A DNA stretch of 47,652 bases from Anaerohalosphaeraceae bacterium (GCA_050309605.1 JBNRMN010000030.1:1-47652), one strand, 5' to 3'; shown: positions 36,628 to 46,573, counted from the first letter of the stretch. A program made the numbers and translations. The notes: generated by a model from the sequence alone, not told the origin.

Positions 36628-38733
36628 TTATGTTCTGTCAAATCGGTACATGGGTTTAGGTTTTTTCTTTTTGACCTTGCCGCCGGTTTTGGCGGTGACG
36701 GGGACAGTGCTTTTGGCCTCGCGTTCTTCCCGTTCGCGGATGTGTTTTCGAATGACCATCTGCTCAATGACGCCGGCGCCGATACTGCTCATAATATACA
36801 GATTCACACCCGATGGGCCGTGATACAGCAGCAGCGGAAACATCAGCGGGAACATAATCATCATCATCTTTTGTTGCTGGGCGACCTGAGGGTTGGTCTG
36901 AGCGGTCGCCTGCGAAGTGGGCATCAGCTTTTGCTGGGCAAACATCACCCCGCCCATCAGCAGCGGCAGCAGGTTCAGATAGTCCCCGAAGTACGGCAGC
37001 GACAGCCCAAACGGAAACTGAAACAAATGATCCGGCGCCGACAAATCGGTAATCCAGAACGGCAAAAACGCCTGCCCCCGCAGATCCACGCTCGTATAAA
37101 CTGCCGTCCAGAGGGCAATCCAGATCGGCATCTGCAAAAACATCGGCAGCATTCCCGAAATCGGCGAGACGCCCATCTCTCGATAGACCTCCATCATCCG
37201 GCGGTTCATTTCCTGCTTGTTGCCGGCGTATTTTTTCTGAATTTCCTGCATCTTGGGGCCGAGTTTCTGCATCCGCATCATCGACACCTGACTGTGTTTG
37301 GTCACCGGATGCAGAACCAGCCGCACAATAAACACCAGAAAGATAATCACTACGCCGTAGTTGCCCAGCGGCCCCATCAGCGTGTAAATCGCCTTCATCA
37401 GCCAAATGATGCCGAAGGCCATCGGACCGATGATCGAGGTCGGACAGCAGCACCCGCGAAAATCAATCGTCTGAAAATACTCCAGCGCCCGATAGGTCGC
37501 GTTGGCCTCGAAAAGGCTTTTGTCCTTCGGCCCCAAAAACAGTTCCCATTGCAGCGTTATCTCATTGTCTTCATCGCCGCTCGGCGCCAGCACCAGCGTT
37601 TTGGATTCGAGCAGTGCCGCAGCGCCGGCCTGTTCGGCCGGGTCTTTGGCCATCAGGTCCGCATCTATATAGGCAGCCCGCTTGAACTGGACCGGCCCCG
37701 GCTCGCCCGGGTCTTCGCCGGCCGAACGCAAAATGGCGGCAAAATACTTGTTCGTCGCGGCGGCCCACATCATCGGCGGACGCGAAGGAGTGAGCGAAAA
37801 TCGCAGTTTTTCTTCCGGCGGCGTCGGCTCGCCGAAAAGCCCTCTCAACTGCGAAAAAATTCCCTGTGAGGGGCGAATCTTTTCCCGCTCGGTCTGGCGG
37901 ATGTCCAGCGCGGTCATAAATCGTGTTTGGATGCCCGATTCGGTCTTGTGGGCGACCACGATTTTTCGCGTATCCTCACGGCTGTCTTCGCGCGTCAGCC
38001 CCACCGGCCCGTAAAAATCCATCTGAATCTGAAGCGGCCTGTCAGTCAAATTCTCGGCAGCGACGGCACACTCCAGATCGTAACTGCCGGGCCGGACGCG
38101 ATAGGTCTTGACCAGCCGCAGCACCGGCATCAACATATCGGCGTCCGTCAGCACCGCCTCAAAGGTTGCCGTATCGGCATCGTCGGTTTCAACCCATTGC
38201 CAGTTGAGCCGATCCAGCGGGAACGCTTTGGATCCGAACCGCTCGGCCCCGGCCGGGGCGATCCGCAGGGCCGCGTTGGCCAATGAATAGATCGGACGAC
38301 TGTTGCGCAGCGGCGAGAGCAGCACCAGTGGGCGTCGATCCGACGCATCGCGATTGTCAAACTCACTGAGCGCAGCCGTCCTGACAGCCGCGCCGAGCGT
38401 GGTCAGCTCGACCTGAAACTTGTATCGATCCGGATCGTCGCTGCGACGAATGTCGTCAGGATAGACCGCCCCGAGCGTTACCGTCCGCTGCGGGCCGCTG
38501 ACCGCCGCCAGTTCGAGATCTCCGGCTGCCGTTACCGTCGGCTCTTCGGCGGGCGGCTCATTCAGATCGGCATACGAATCAGCTAAGGCCTCTGTCGGCG
38601 CGTCGGATTCAGCAACCGCCGCCAGCGGCGCAGCTTGAGGCGACCTGCCCGAGTGCACCGCATCCACGGCCAGCAGTCCGCACAACGTCAAAAAACCTGA
38701 AATGACAATCAGAACAAGCGTTCTTGGTTTCAT
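36628..38733 (-). CDS. yidC: Membrane protein insertase YidC
   Basis: Large periplasmic domain, GNYGVVIIFLVFIVRL, SMMRMQKL.PK, PMFLQMPIWIALW, WITDLSAPD, PSGVNLY. Confidence 0.95.
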   Translation of the reverse strand: MKPRTLVLIVISGFLTLCGLLAVDAVHSGRSPQAAPLAAVAESDAPTEALADSYADLNEPPAEEPTVTAAGDLELAAVSGPQRTVTLGAVYPDDIRRSDDPDRYKFQVELTTLGAAVRTAALSEFDNRDASDRRPLVLLSPLRNSRPIYSLANAALRIAPAGAERFGSKAFPLDRLNWQWVETDDADTATFEAVLTDADMLMPVLRLVKTYRVRPGSYDLECAVAAENLTDRPLQIQMDFYGPVGLTREDSREDTRKIVVAHKTESGIQTRFMTALDIRQTEREKIRPSQGIFSQLRGLFGEPTPPEEKLRFSLTPSRPPMMWAAATNKYFAAILRSAGEDPGEPGPVQFKRAAYIDADLMAKDPAEQAGAAALLESKTLVLAPSGDEDNEITLQWELFLGPKDKSLFEANATYRALEYFQTIDFRGCCCPTSIIGPMAFGIIWLMKAIYTLMGPLGNYGVVIIFLVFIVRLVLHPVTKHSQVSMMRMQKLGPKMQEIQKKYAGNKQEMNRRMMEVYREMGVSPISGMLPMFLQMPIWIALWTAVYTSVDLRGQAFLPFWITDLSAPDHLFQFPFGLSLPYFGDYLNLLPLLMGGVMFAQQKLMPTSQATAQTNPQVAQQQKMMMIMFPLMFPLLLYHGPSGVNLYIMSSIGAGVIEQMVIRKHIREREEREAKSTVPVTAKTGGKVKKKKPKPMYRFDRT

Positions 38734-38772
38734 TCGTGTCGCCTTCTATCCTCAATAATCCATTGTCAATTG

Positions 38773-39549
38773 CTACCGCCCGTCGAACAGTCGGTCGCCT
38801 TCAAAGTCGTCCAGCTCCGGCTCGGCGTAAATCTTATCGGCGGCGGCCTTAAAATCGTATTCCAGACGTACGAAATACACATAGTTGTCTTCAATATAGG
38901 CATAAGACGCCCGATTGTCGCGGTCGCGCGGCTGGCCGACCGAACCGACATTGATAATCGCCTTTTCATCCGGAATAATCGGATATTTACCGCCCAGCTC
39001 ATCGGGCGTGTAAAAGTCCGGATCTTCCAGAAATACGCCCGGCAGATGGGTATGCCCCACAAAGCAGATATGCTTGACCCGCTCAAAGAGGGCGTTCATT
39101 TTTCCTGTGGTTGTATAGACATCATCCGGAAAAACATATTCATTGATCGGTCGCCGCGGCGAAGCGTGTACGAAATCCAGCGTTGCCTCAACGTCTTTGA
39201 GTGTGGTTTCGAGCGTCCAGCGCATCTTCTGTCTGCCCAGATAACGCCATCGCTTGTCGTTTTTTTTATGATCCGGCTCCTGTTCGAGCACCTTGCGCGC
39301 CCAGTAGGCGGCTGATTCGGCGCCCTGATTGAAGTTGGTCGGCTCGTACAGGGCCGCATAGTCGTGGTTGCCCATCAGACAGATTTCAGTCTTGTCGATG
39401 ACCAAATCGAGGCACTCGATCGGGTTGGCTGCGTATCCCAGCACATCGCCGAGACAGTAAATGGTCTTGATGCCGCGTTTTTCGATGTCCGCCAGCACCG
39501 TCGTCAGCGCCTCAATATTCGAATGGATATCGCTGATAATTGCAAACAT
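38773..39549 (-). CDS. Metallophosphoesterase (YfcE/PPP-like phosphatase/phosphodiesterase)
   Basis: ISDIHSN, LGDVLGY, GNHD, HASP, GHTH, NVGSVGQPRD. Confidence 0.9.
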   Translation of the reverse strand: MFAIISDIHSNIEALTTVLADIEKRGIKTIYCLGDVLGYAANPIECLDLVIDKTEICLMGNHDYAALYEPTNFNQGAESAAYWARKVLEQEPDHKKNDKRWRYLGRQKMRWTLETTLKDVEATLDFVHASPRRPINEYVFPDDVYTTTGKMNALFERVKHICFVGHTHLPGVFLEDPDFYTPDELGGKYPIIPDEKAIINVGSVGQPRDRDNRASYAYIEDNYVYFVRLEYDFKAAADKIYAEPELDDFEGDRLFDGR

Positions 39550-39827
39550 ATTGGTTTTATCCTGGGTTGACAGTTCGGGTTCAAAGCCGTCTTTATATCA
39601 CAAACCGCCCCCGCAATCCAGAAAAACGTTGACGCAATTAAAAACATCCCCCGCCGCCGAATCTACATCGCTTTCCAACGGGCCGGTGCAATGCCTTGGG
39701 GGAAAGAACTTACATCGGATTCGCTCTGAAAGAGCCGATGTAATCCATAAACAGCGAGATGCGATTATCATACAAGTTATGTTCTATTTTAATATAAAGA
39801 ATATATTTTTTAGTTTTTTCGAAAATA

Positions 39828-39889
39828 ATGTAAAATCTACTTGACATAATGTAATGCAGAGTGTACTTTATGTTCAGTTAGATATACTT
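39828..39889 (+). promoter_or_regulatory. Promoter overlapped by three 20-bp operator-like boxes at 21-bp spacing
   Basis: TTGACA(39841)-17 bp-TACTTT. Boxes: ATGTAAAATCTACTTGACAT, ATGTAATGCAGAGTGTACTT, ATGTTCAGTTAGATATACTT. Confidence 0.65.
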
Positions 39890-39915
39890 AAAGAACAAGA
39901 TAAGGAGAGGTTAAA

Positions 39916-40338
39916 ATGAATCGATTGCAGAAAAAAGCGTGGATCGAACTGATTGCCTGTGGAGTCATGATTGTTTTAATTACAATTCCGGCGATTCTTT
40001 TTCTGGCGTCTCGGAATGCACAGGGGCTGGATTATTTGCTCATCGCTCTGATTGTCGGAGCACCGACCGGACTGATTGCCTATCTGATCGAATTAAAGAA
40101 ACTCAATGATTATGACGAACGCGAAAAAGAAATCATCCGAAAGGCCTTTATGTTGAGCATGATGATCTTTGTATTCTATCTGCTTGCATTTGCCTTTACG
40201 GCATTCTTCTTAATCGGCGGGAAAGAAAAAGTGCCGGTTGTCGTCCTTCCGCTGATGGTTTTGACGGGAATATTTCTTGCCCAGTGTGTTCAGTCCGCCG
40301 CCTTGCTGATTCAGTGTGCAAAGGAAGACGATGAGTAA
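39916..40338 (+). CDS. Four-TM membrane protein (DUF2178-like, DERE motif)
   Basis: Four hydrophobic helices with a central YDERE..I..KA loop, strong SD, coupled to the XRE gene. Confidence 0.8.
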   Translation: MNRLQKKAWIELIACGVMIVLITIPAILFLASRNAQGLDYLLIALIVGAPTGLIAYLIELKKLNDYDEREKEIIRKAFMLSMMIFVFYLLAFAFTAFFLIGGKEKVPVVVLPLMVLTGIFLAQCVQSAALLIQCAKEDDE

Positions 40339-40543
40339 GGACCAACTGAGCAATCAGGTGCGGCGGTGTCGGTTTGAGGCCGGGGAAATGACCCAGCAGG
40401 GGCTGGCCGAGCGGGTGGGGGTCACGCGGCAGACGATTATCGCTATCGAGCAGGGTAACTATACGCCGTCGCTGACGCTGGCGCTGAAGATCGCACGCAC
40501 GTTTGGTAAATCGGTTGAGGATGTGTTTTGGCTGGAGCAGTGA
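40331..40543 (+). CDS. XRE-family helix-turn-helix regulator
   Basis: MTQQGLAERVGVTRQTIIAIEQGNYTPSL.LALKIA..F...VEDVF. Confidence 0.93.
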   Translation: MSKDQLSNQVRRCRFEAGEMTQQGLAERVGVTRQTIIAIEQGNYTPSLTLALKIARTFGKSVEDVFWLEQ

Positions 40544-40545
40544 GG

Positions 40546-40580
40546 GGCAGAGGTCAGAAGACAGAAGTCAGAGGACAGAC
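40546..40580 (+). repeat. Degenerate heptamer repeat (GnCAGAn x5)
   Basis: ggcagag-gtcagaa-gacagaa-gtcagag-gacagac; same family as 14848-14874. Confidence 0.7.
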
Positions 40581-40838
40581 ACTGTACGATATCTTGTCTT
40601 GATGGGCTAAAGCCTGTTTGATTGCCTGTTTGGGACTGTTGATCGTAAAGCCCTGCTCTTGCAGGTAGTCGCGCATCAGCTTCCAGGACAACTCAAAGGC
40701 CATCTCGAAAAACTGAATCAGGCCGGCTCGCTCCGCCTCGGACGGGTTTGAAATCTCCAGCGCCCGTTCGAGCAAACGATACGCCTTTTCGAAGTTTTCA
40801 AATCGCTGCTTCCAGCGAATGTCGTTGTTTTGTTCCAT
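40554..40838 (-). pseudogene. Truncated HI0074-type nucleotidyltransferase substrate-binding (HEPN) protein
   Basis: DIRWKQRFENF.KA and GLIQFFEMAFELSWK.MRDYL..SPKQAIKQA, followed by an unrelated tail. Lacks the C-terminal RN..xH motif and has no MNT partner. Confidence 0.7.
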
Positions 40839-40841
40839 AGA

Positions 40842-43800
40842 CTATCCCCTTTGGCCGCAGCATTTTTTGTATTTTTTACCGCTGCCGCACGGACACGGAT
40901 CGTTGCGGCCGACTTTGGGCTGGTCCAGTTTGATGGGTTTGACGGTCTGTTCGCCCTGGGGGGCGGCCGCGGCGGCGCGCTGGCGCTGATCCATCTCGAA
41001 CTGCCTGACTTCCTGCTTTTGGGTCTCGCGGACATTATAGACGCTGCGGCTCTGCTGGCCGGCCTGCAAGCGAACGCGAAAGATGATATCGGTCACGCGA
41101 TCCTCGATGCTCTGGAGCATCTCGTTGAACATCCGAAATCCTTCCTGCTTGTATTCGATTTTCGGATCCTTCTCGGCATACGCCCGCAGCATAATGCTTT
41201 CCTTGAGATGGTCCATCGCATACAAATGGTCCTTCCAGGTCGAGTCGAAGATTTGAATCAGCACAAACCGCTCCAGATCGGCCAGCTCGCGGCGCAGAAA
41301 GGCGCGTCCGGCCTCCAGCAGTTTGTCCTTGGCGGCGTCTTTGTCCTTCAGCTCATCAGCGGTCAAGTCGGCGTCAAAACGTTCCCTGGCCCAGCCGGCA
41401 AGCGTATCGGGGCCGACACTGCGCAGCTTGTGTTCAATTGTCTGCGTCAGCTTGCCGTTGTTCCAGGCCTTGCTCATCTCCAGCAGCGTGTTGAAGATCT
41501 CCTTCGGCTGCATCTGCGACAAGTCCTCCGGCGTCAGTGCCGACTCATACTTGCGCCGCGCCCACTCGGCCAGCAATTCAAATCCATAGACATTCGCTCC
41601 CTTCGGGGTAAAGACCATATTCATCGCATATTCAATCGGATACTCCACCTCGCGCTTGCGATACAGCTCGGCTACCTGGTGAGCCACTTTTTGCTCGGCC
41701 TGCGATGCCTGGCAATCTATCAACTCCGCCGGGTCGAGCTTGATGTTGAATTTGCCCTGTGCCCAAACGCTGAACATGCGCGCCGGGTAATCGGCCTTGA
41801 GAAAATCCTCAATCCGCGAGACATCTTTTTTGTCCACCTGCTCGCAGGCGGCCTCGATAAGCGTTTCTGCAACCTGGTCGGCGTCCATCTGCCGCAGCTT
41901 GGAGGCCGACAGGTTGGCCCGGAACGCACTCATCGCCCATTTGCACAGGGCATCGACCTTCCAGGTCGAAGGGTCGTCGTAGTCTTCGAGATATTCGCCC
42001 AGCGATACGGAAATATCGTTGGCGATATTCTTTTTGGCCCGCTCGCGGATGGTTTCGATGATCTGGTCGGCCTCCATCCCGCCAAGGCGCTTGGGTTCCA
42101 GCTCGACGCCGAATTCCGCTCGTGCCCATTCGCTGATACATCGCTGCGGGTAGTCCGGCGCCAGGATTTCCTCGGCGGCGTCGGCGATGACATCGGCAAT
42201 CATATCCTGGATGGTTTTTTTCAGGTCTTTGCCTTCAATTATCTTGCGGCGGCGCGAGTAGAAGATTTTGCGCTGATAGTCCATCACCTCATCGTATTCG
42301 AGCAGGCTTTTGCGTGCTTCGAAGTTGCGCTCTTCGACTTTCTTCTGGGCTTTTTCAATGCCCTTGCTGATCCGCTTGTGCTGGATGGGCATCCCCTCTT
42401 CCCAGCCGATCATGGACAGGGCCTTAACCGTCCAGTCCGGCGCGAAAACCCGCATCAGATCGTCGTCAAACGACAGGAAAAAGACGCTGCTGCCCGGGTC
42501 GCCCTGCCGTCCGGACCGACCGCGAAGCTGGTTGTCGATGCGGCGGGACTCGTGCCGCTCGGTGCCGAGGATGTGCAGGCCGCCGATGTCCGCTACGCCG
42601 GGGCCGAGCTTGATGTCCGTGCCGCGACCGGCCATGTTCGTGGCGATGGTCACATTGCCGCGGACCGAGCCGTCGCGGGCGGTATGCTGGCCGCCGGCTT
42701 TTTCGACGATGACGGCCTCGCGGGCGTGCTGTTTGGCGTTGAGTACTTCATGATCGATACCGTAACGCCGTTTGAGCGCCTCGGAGAGCGCCTCGCTTTT
42801 CTCGATGCTGACCGTGCCGACCAGCACCGGGCGACCGGCACAGCAGACCTCGTGAATCTCATCGACAATGGCCATAAACTTTTCCCGCATCGTCTTGTAA
42901 ATCATATCCTCGCGGTCGTCGCGGATGCAGGGCTTGTTGGTCGGAATCGTCACCACGTCGAGTTTGTAAATCTTCATAAACTCCTCGGCCTCCGTGGCCG
43001 CCGTGCCGGTCATACCGGCAATCCGGCCGTAAAGCTTGAAGAAGTTTTGCAGCGTAATCGTCGCCAGTGTTTGCGATTCTTCTTTGATCTGGACGTTTTC
43101 CTTGGCCTCGACCGCCTGATGCAGGCCGTCGGACCACTGCCTGCCGTGCATCAACCGACCGGTAAACTCATCGACAATGACCACCTTGCCGTCCATCACC
43201 ACATAGTTTTTCTCGCGTTCAAAGACCAGATGCGCCCGCAGTGCCTGTTCGATCAAATGCGGCCAGTCGGAATTCTGCCCCAGATAGAACGATCCGACGC
43301 CGGCAATCTCCTGCGCCGCGGCGATGCCCTTTTCCATCAGATGCACCGATTTGCGTTCATAATCCACATTATAATACAGCGTCTCTTCTTCGATCTGGTC
43401 TTCCGTGCCGCGCAGTTCCTCGGCCAACCGATGCCGAGCCTGTTCCAACTGCTTTTGCGTCTTGTCAATCACCGCCTGCGCCTTTTCCATGCGGGCGGTA
43501 TCTTTAGCCCGCTTGGCGTCGGTCAGCTCACCCTGGGCGTTGGCGATGGTTCGCGTATATTCATCGATTGCCTTTTTGAGCTGGTCATACGAACTTTGCA
43601 GGCTCATCAGTTTGCGCGCCACCGTGTCGGCCTTTTTGTAGCGGGTTACATCGTCCTGGGCCGGGCCGGAGATAATCAGCGGTGTACGGGCCTCATCGAT
43701 GAGAATCGAGTCCACCTCGTCGATAATGGCGTATTCGAGCGGGCCTTGAACCATCTGCTCGGCGGCGATTTTCATATTGTCGCGCAGGTAGTCAAAGCCG

Positions 43801-44366
43801 AATTCGTTGTTGGTCCCGTAGGTGATGTCGCAGGCATACTGCTGTTTGCGTTCGTCGCCGGCGGTGTCCATATCCGCCTGAATCGCGCCGACCGTCAGGC
43901 CGAGGGCGTGAAAAATCGGCCCCATCCACTCGGCGTCGCGCTTGGCCAGATAGTCGTTGACCGTCACGATATGTACCCTGCGTCCGGTCAGATGCACCAG
44001 ATATGCCGCCAGCGTCGCTACCAGCGTCTTGCCCTCGCCGGTGGCCATCTCGGCGATCTTGCCTTCGTACAGCACGTTGCCGCCGACCAACTGCACGTCA
44101 AAATGCCGCATATCCACGTTCCGACGGGCCGCCTCGCGCACGACCGCAAACGCTTCAGACAGGATATCTTCAGGACCTTTGCCCTCGGCAAGGGCCTGCT
44201 TGAATTCAGCGGTTTTGGCCTTGAGCTGCTCGTCGCTCAAGGTACGAACCTGCGATTCAAACTCACCGGCCGCCAGAGCCGTCTGCATATACCCACGCAC
44301 CAGCCGCTCATTACGCGACCCGAAGATTTTTACTAAGAATCCTGAAATACCACCAGCCAAAGGCAT
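40842..44366 (-). CDS. secA: Preprotein translocase SecA (1174 aa, with insertions)
   Basis: [58 protein letters not shown]-terminal [18 protein letters not shown]. Confidence 0.98.
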   Translation of the reverse strand: MPLAGGISGFLVKIFGSRNERLVRGYMQTALAAGEFESQVRTLSDEQLKAKTAEFKQALAEGKGPEDILSEAFAVVREAARRNVDMRHFDVQLVGGNVLYEGKIAEMATGEGKTLVATLAAYLVHLTGRRVHIVTVNDYLAKRDAEWMGPIFHALGLTVGAIQADMDTAGDERKQQYACDITYGTNNEFGFDYLRDNMKIAAEQMVQGPLEYAIIDEVDSILIDEARTPLIISGPAQDDVTRYKKADTVARKLMSLQSSYDQLKKAIDEYTRTIANAQGELTDAKRAKDTARMEKAQAVIDKTQKQLEQARHRLAEELRGTEDQIEEETLYYNVDYERKSVHLMEKGIAAAQEIAGVGSFYLGQNSDWPHLIEQALRAHLVFEREKNYVVMDGKVVIVDEFTGRLMHGRQWSDGLHQAVEAKENVQIKEESQTLATITLQNFFKLYGRIAGMTGTAATEAEEFMKIYKLDVVTIPTNKPCIRDDREDMIYKTMREKFMAIVDEIHEVCCAGRPVLVGTVSIEKSEALSEALKRRYGIDHEVLNAKQHAREAVIVEKAGGQHTARDGSVRGNVTIATNMAGRGTDIKLGPGVADIGGLHILGTERHESRRIDNQLRGRSGRQGDPGSSVFFLSFDDDLMRVFAPDWTVKALSMIGWEEGMPIQHKRISKGIEKAQKKVEERNFEARKSLLEYDEVMDYQRKIFYSRRRKIIEGKDLKKTIQDMIADVIADAAEEILAPDYPQRCISEWARAEFGVELEPKRLGGMEADQIIETIRERAKKNIANDISVSLGEYLEDYDDPSTWKVDALCKWAMSAFRANLSASKLRQMDADQVAETLIEAACEQVDKKDVSRIEDFLKADYPARMFSVWAQGKFNIKLDPAELIDCQASQAEQKVAHQVAELYRKREVEYPIEYAMNMVFTPKGANVYGFELLAEWARRKYESALTPEDLSQMQPKEIFNTLLEMSKAWNNGKLTQTIEHKLRSVGPDTLAGWARERFDADLTADELKDKDAAKDKLLEAGRAFLRRELADLERFVLIQIFDSTWKDHLYAMDHLKESIMLRAYAEKDPKIEYKQEGFRMFNEMLQSIEDRVTDIIFRVRLQAGQQSRSVYNVRETQKQEVRQFEMDQRQRAAAAAPQGEQTVKPIKLDQPKVGRNDPCPCGSGKKYKKCCGQRG

Positions 44367-44375
44367 ATTAACCCT

Positions 44376-44978
44376 TTATTTTTGCTTTTTTTCTTTTGGG
44401 GACAGTTCTTCCATTTTAAATTTCCTGAGAAGCCAATCCAGAAAAGCACGCTGATCATCGATGGTCGCTCGACGCACCTGCGAAAGAAGGTGAATCCTAT
44501 CTGGCTTTGGAAGCGCGGTGTTCTGTAAGCCCTCGTTGCAATTCGTGCAGTCGGCACGGAGATTTTGCGGGCTGTCATCCCCGCCTTTGGATTTGTCCTT
44601 TATATGTCCTAACGTCAAGCGCACCGAACGCGGGCTGCCGAGCGGGTCGGGATCGCCGGCTGCTACACCACACATCTGACAGGTATAACCGTTACGTTCG
44701 AGAACCCATGCTCGCGTTTCTTTAGAGATATCGCGCCTAAAGGATGGAAGACGAACATTCGTTTCGAGGAGATACTGACCGGGTTTCAGCGATGCGCGGT
44801 CTTTATGCGAGAGAATTTGATAACCTTCTTCGTTGCGAAGCTCACGCACCCGGCGTGCCCATTCTACGGCGCCGCCGCTGATGCGTTGTATGTCGCGTGA
44901 TTCTAAAACCTTGCCGATATTGGCTAAAAAGTATTCGAGGATCAATTCTTTAGAACCTGATCGTTTTTTGGACGCCAT
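44376..44978 (-). CDS. HNH restriction endonuclease, KpnI-like
   Basis: FLANIGKV, W.RRVRELRNEEGY.ILS and VLERNGYTCQMCG...LTLGH...GG...NLRADCTNCN. As I recall it, the pattern resembles R.KpnI. Adjacent to a methyltransferase. Confidence 0.75.
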   Translation of the reverse strand: MASKKRSGSKELILEYFLANIGKVLESRDIQRISGGAVEWARRVRELRNEEGYQILSHKDRASLKPGQYLLETNVRLPSFRRDISKETRAWVLERNGYTCQMCGVAAGDPDPLGSPRSVRLTLGHIKDKSKGGDDSPQNLRADCTNCNEGLQNTALPKPDRIHLLSQVRRATIDDQRAFLDWLLRKFKMEELSPKEKKQK

Positions 44979-45837
44979 AGCGTGCTCTTTCTCTGGATTT
45001 TTCTGCGTAGTCAGGATTCAACTCGACCAGAATTGCTCTGCGGCCTAACTCGCGTGCAGCCACGCCGGTGGTTCCTGACCCACTGAAGGGGTCTAATACG
45101 ATGTCATTGGGATGGCTTCCGAGAAGAATGCAGCGGCGTGCTAATTCGCGTGGAAACGCTGCCGGATGCCCATTACTGCTCGAATCCGGGCCGAGTACCC
45201 AGTAATTCCGTAAGTTTGCCCCGCTCGATTCTCTGACGCCATCGGGGTTATAATAGTAGGTTGGTTTCTTTGACATCAGAAAAATTTCTTCTGTTGCGTT
45301 GGTAGGTCTGTTTTTCACGCTTTCCGGCATTGCTGCTTTTTTAACCCACACTATTCTCGACCGCAGTATCCACCCATCTGCTTGCAGCGCGAATGCAACC
45401 CGCCAAGGCAATCCCATCAAATCCCTGTCTTTTAGTCCCCAGCAGTCGGGTACTTTACAATTTCGTTTTTGAATACGTTTTTTGGTATTTCCGACGATCG
45501 CGTTAGGGCCGCAATTGCCTGTCCCTCCGTTTCTCGCATATCCGTCGCCGATGTTTAACCAAAGTGTTCCGTCATTTCGCAACACACGATGAACCTGGCG
45601 GAATACCTCAACGAGATTGGCAATATAGTGTTCCGGGGAGGGTTCTGCGCCAATTTGTGAATCGTGCGCATAATCACGCAAGCCCCAATACGGAGGGGAC
45701 GTCACACAGCATTGAACAGATTTTGCTGGCAGAAGCTCAAGAAGTTCGCGGCAGTCTCCGGTAAGTATCTGCAATTCCTTGATTTGCGACTGTTCAATGG
45801 GTACTTTACATTGTCTGTGTGCTTTTGTTTTTACCAT
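44950..45837 (-). CDS. Beta-class amino (N4-C/N6-A) DNA methyltransferase
   Basis: Catalytic TSPPY near the N-terminus, HPAAFP, and SAM-binding LDPFSGSGTT near the C-terminus. Confidence 0.93.
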   Translation of the reverse strand: MVKTKAHRQCKVPIEQSQIKELQILTGDCRELLELLPAKSVQCCVTSPPYWGLRDYAHDSQIGAEPSPEHYIANLVEVFRQVHRVLRNDGTLWLNIGDGYARNGGTGNCGPNAIVGNTKKRIQKRNCKVPDCWGLKDRDLMGLPWRVAFALQADGWILRSRIVWVKKAAMPESVKNRPTNATEEIFLMSKKPTYYYNPDGVRESSGANLRNYWVLGPDSSSNGHPAAFPRELARRCILLGSHPNDIVLDPFSGSGTTGVAARELGRRAILVELNPDYAEKSRERARYGVQKTIRF

Positions 45838-45845
45838 AGACAGTC

Positions 45846-45874
45846 AGTTTAAATCGTAGTGTGAAAAAAGTCAA
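45846..45874 (-). promoter_or_regulatory. Putative promoter of the R-M cassette (near-leaderless)
   Basis: Minus strand TTGACT-17 bp-TAAACT, 8 nt before the MTase ATG at 45837. Confidence 0.5.
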
Positions 45875-45898
45875 AAACTTTAAATTTCCACGATACAA

Positions 45899-46459
45899 TT
45901 ACTCTTTAACGCGGGTAACGTATTCACCGGTACGCGTGTCGATGCGAAGCACTTCACCGATCTTGACGAACGGAGGGACCTGCACAATCAGTCCGGTTTC
46001 CATCGTGGCGGGTTTGTACTGGTTGGTGGCGGTAGCGCCTTTGATTTCGGGAGCCGTGTCGGCCACCTCCAGATCGACTGTATTGGGCAGTGAGACGACG
46101 ACGGGTTTGCCCTGATACATACTGATCTGAAGCTGCGTGTTGGGTTTGAGGTATTTGGGGCCGTCGCCAAAGGCATCGTCGTCAAGCGTAATCTGGTCAA
46201 AACTTTCCATGTCCATAAAATGGTGTTCCGAGCCGGAGGAATAGAGATACTCGAAATTTCGCTTCTCAAGATAGGCTTCCTCAATGTTCTCCTCCGCGCG
46301 GATTCGTACATCGCGAATACCGCCGTCGATCAGGTTTTTGAACTTGGTCTGATAGACCGCCCCGCCTTTGCCGAGTTTGACATGTTGGTAATCAATAATC
46401 ACATACAGGTTCCCGTCCATCTTGACGGTCTGCCCTTTTTTCATATCCGACGCTTTCAT
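45899..46459 (-). CDS. efp: Elongation factor P
   Basis: HVKLGKGGA loop, FMD.ESFDQ, KPATMETGL.VQVPPFVK.GE..RIDTRTGEYVTR. Start ATG 46459. Confidence 0.95.
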   Translation of the reverse strand: MKASDMKKGQTVKMDGNLYVIIDYQHVKLGKGGAVYQTKFKNLIDGGIRDVRIRAEENIEEAYLEKRNFEYLYSSGSEHHFMDMESFDQITLDDDAFGDGPKYLKPNTQLQISMYQGKPVVVSLPNTVDLEVADTAPEIKGATATNQYKPATMETGLIVQVPPFVKIGEVLRIDTRTGEYVTRVKE

Positions 46460-46544
46460 TGAAGACTCCAGTGCCAGAAACAGGGTTAATCGTACACCAC
46501 AACGGGCGGGAAACCGCTTACCCGACCCCAAAAACAAAGGTATT

Positions 46545-46573
46545 ACTATCGCAGAATGCAGGCGGCTTGTCAA
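46545..46573 (-). promoter_or_regulatory. Putative promoter of efp
   Basis: Minus strand TTGACA-17 bp-GATAGT. Confidence 0.45.

Noticed and set aside
36355..37869. 504-aa plus-strand ORF and similar long antisense ORFs (7347..8534, 13306..14505, 19715..20920)
   Set aside because: They lie opposite well-supported genes (yidC, alaS, rny, tsaC) and have no protein-family features.
40830..44336. 1168-aa plus-strand ORF
   Set aside because: It is the antisense shadow of secA, has no recognisable motifs, and such ORFs are expected from codon bias in GC-rich genes.
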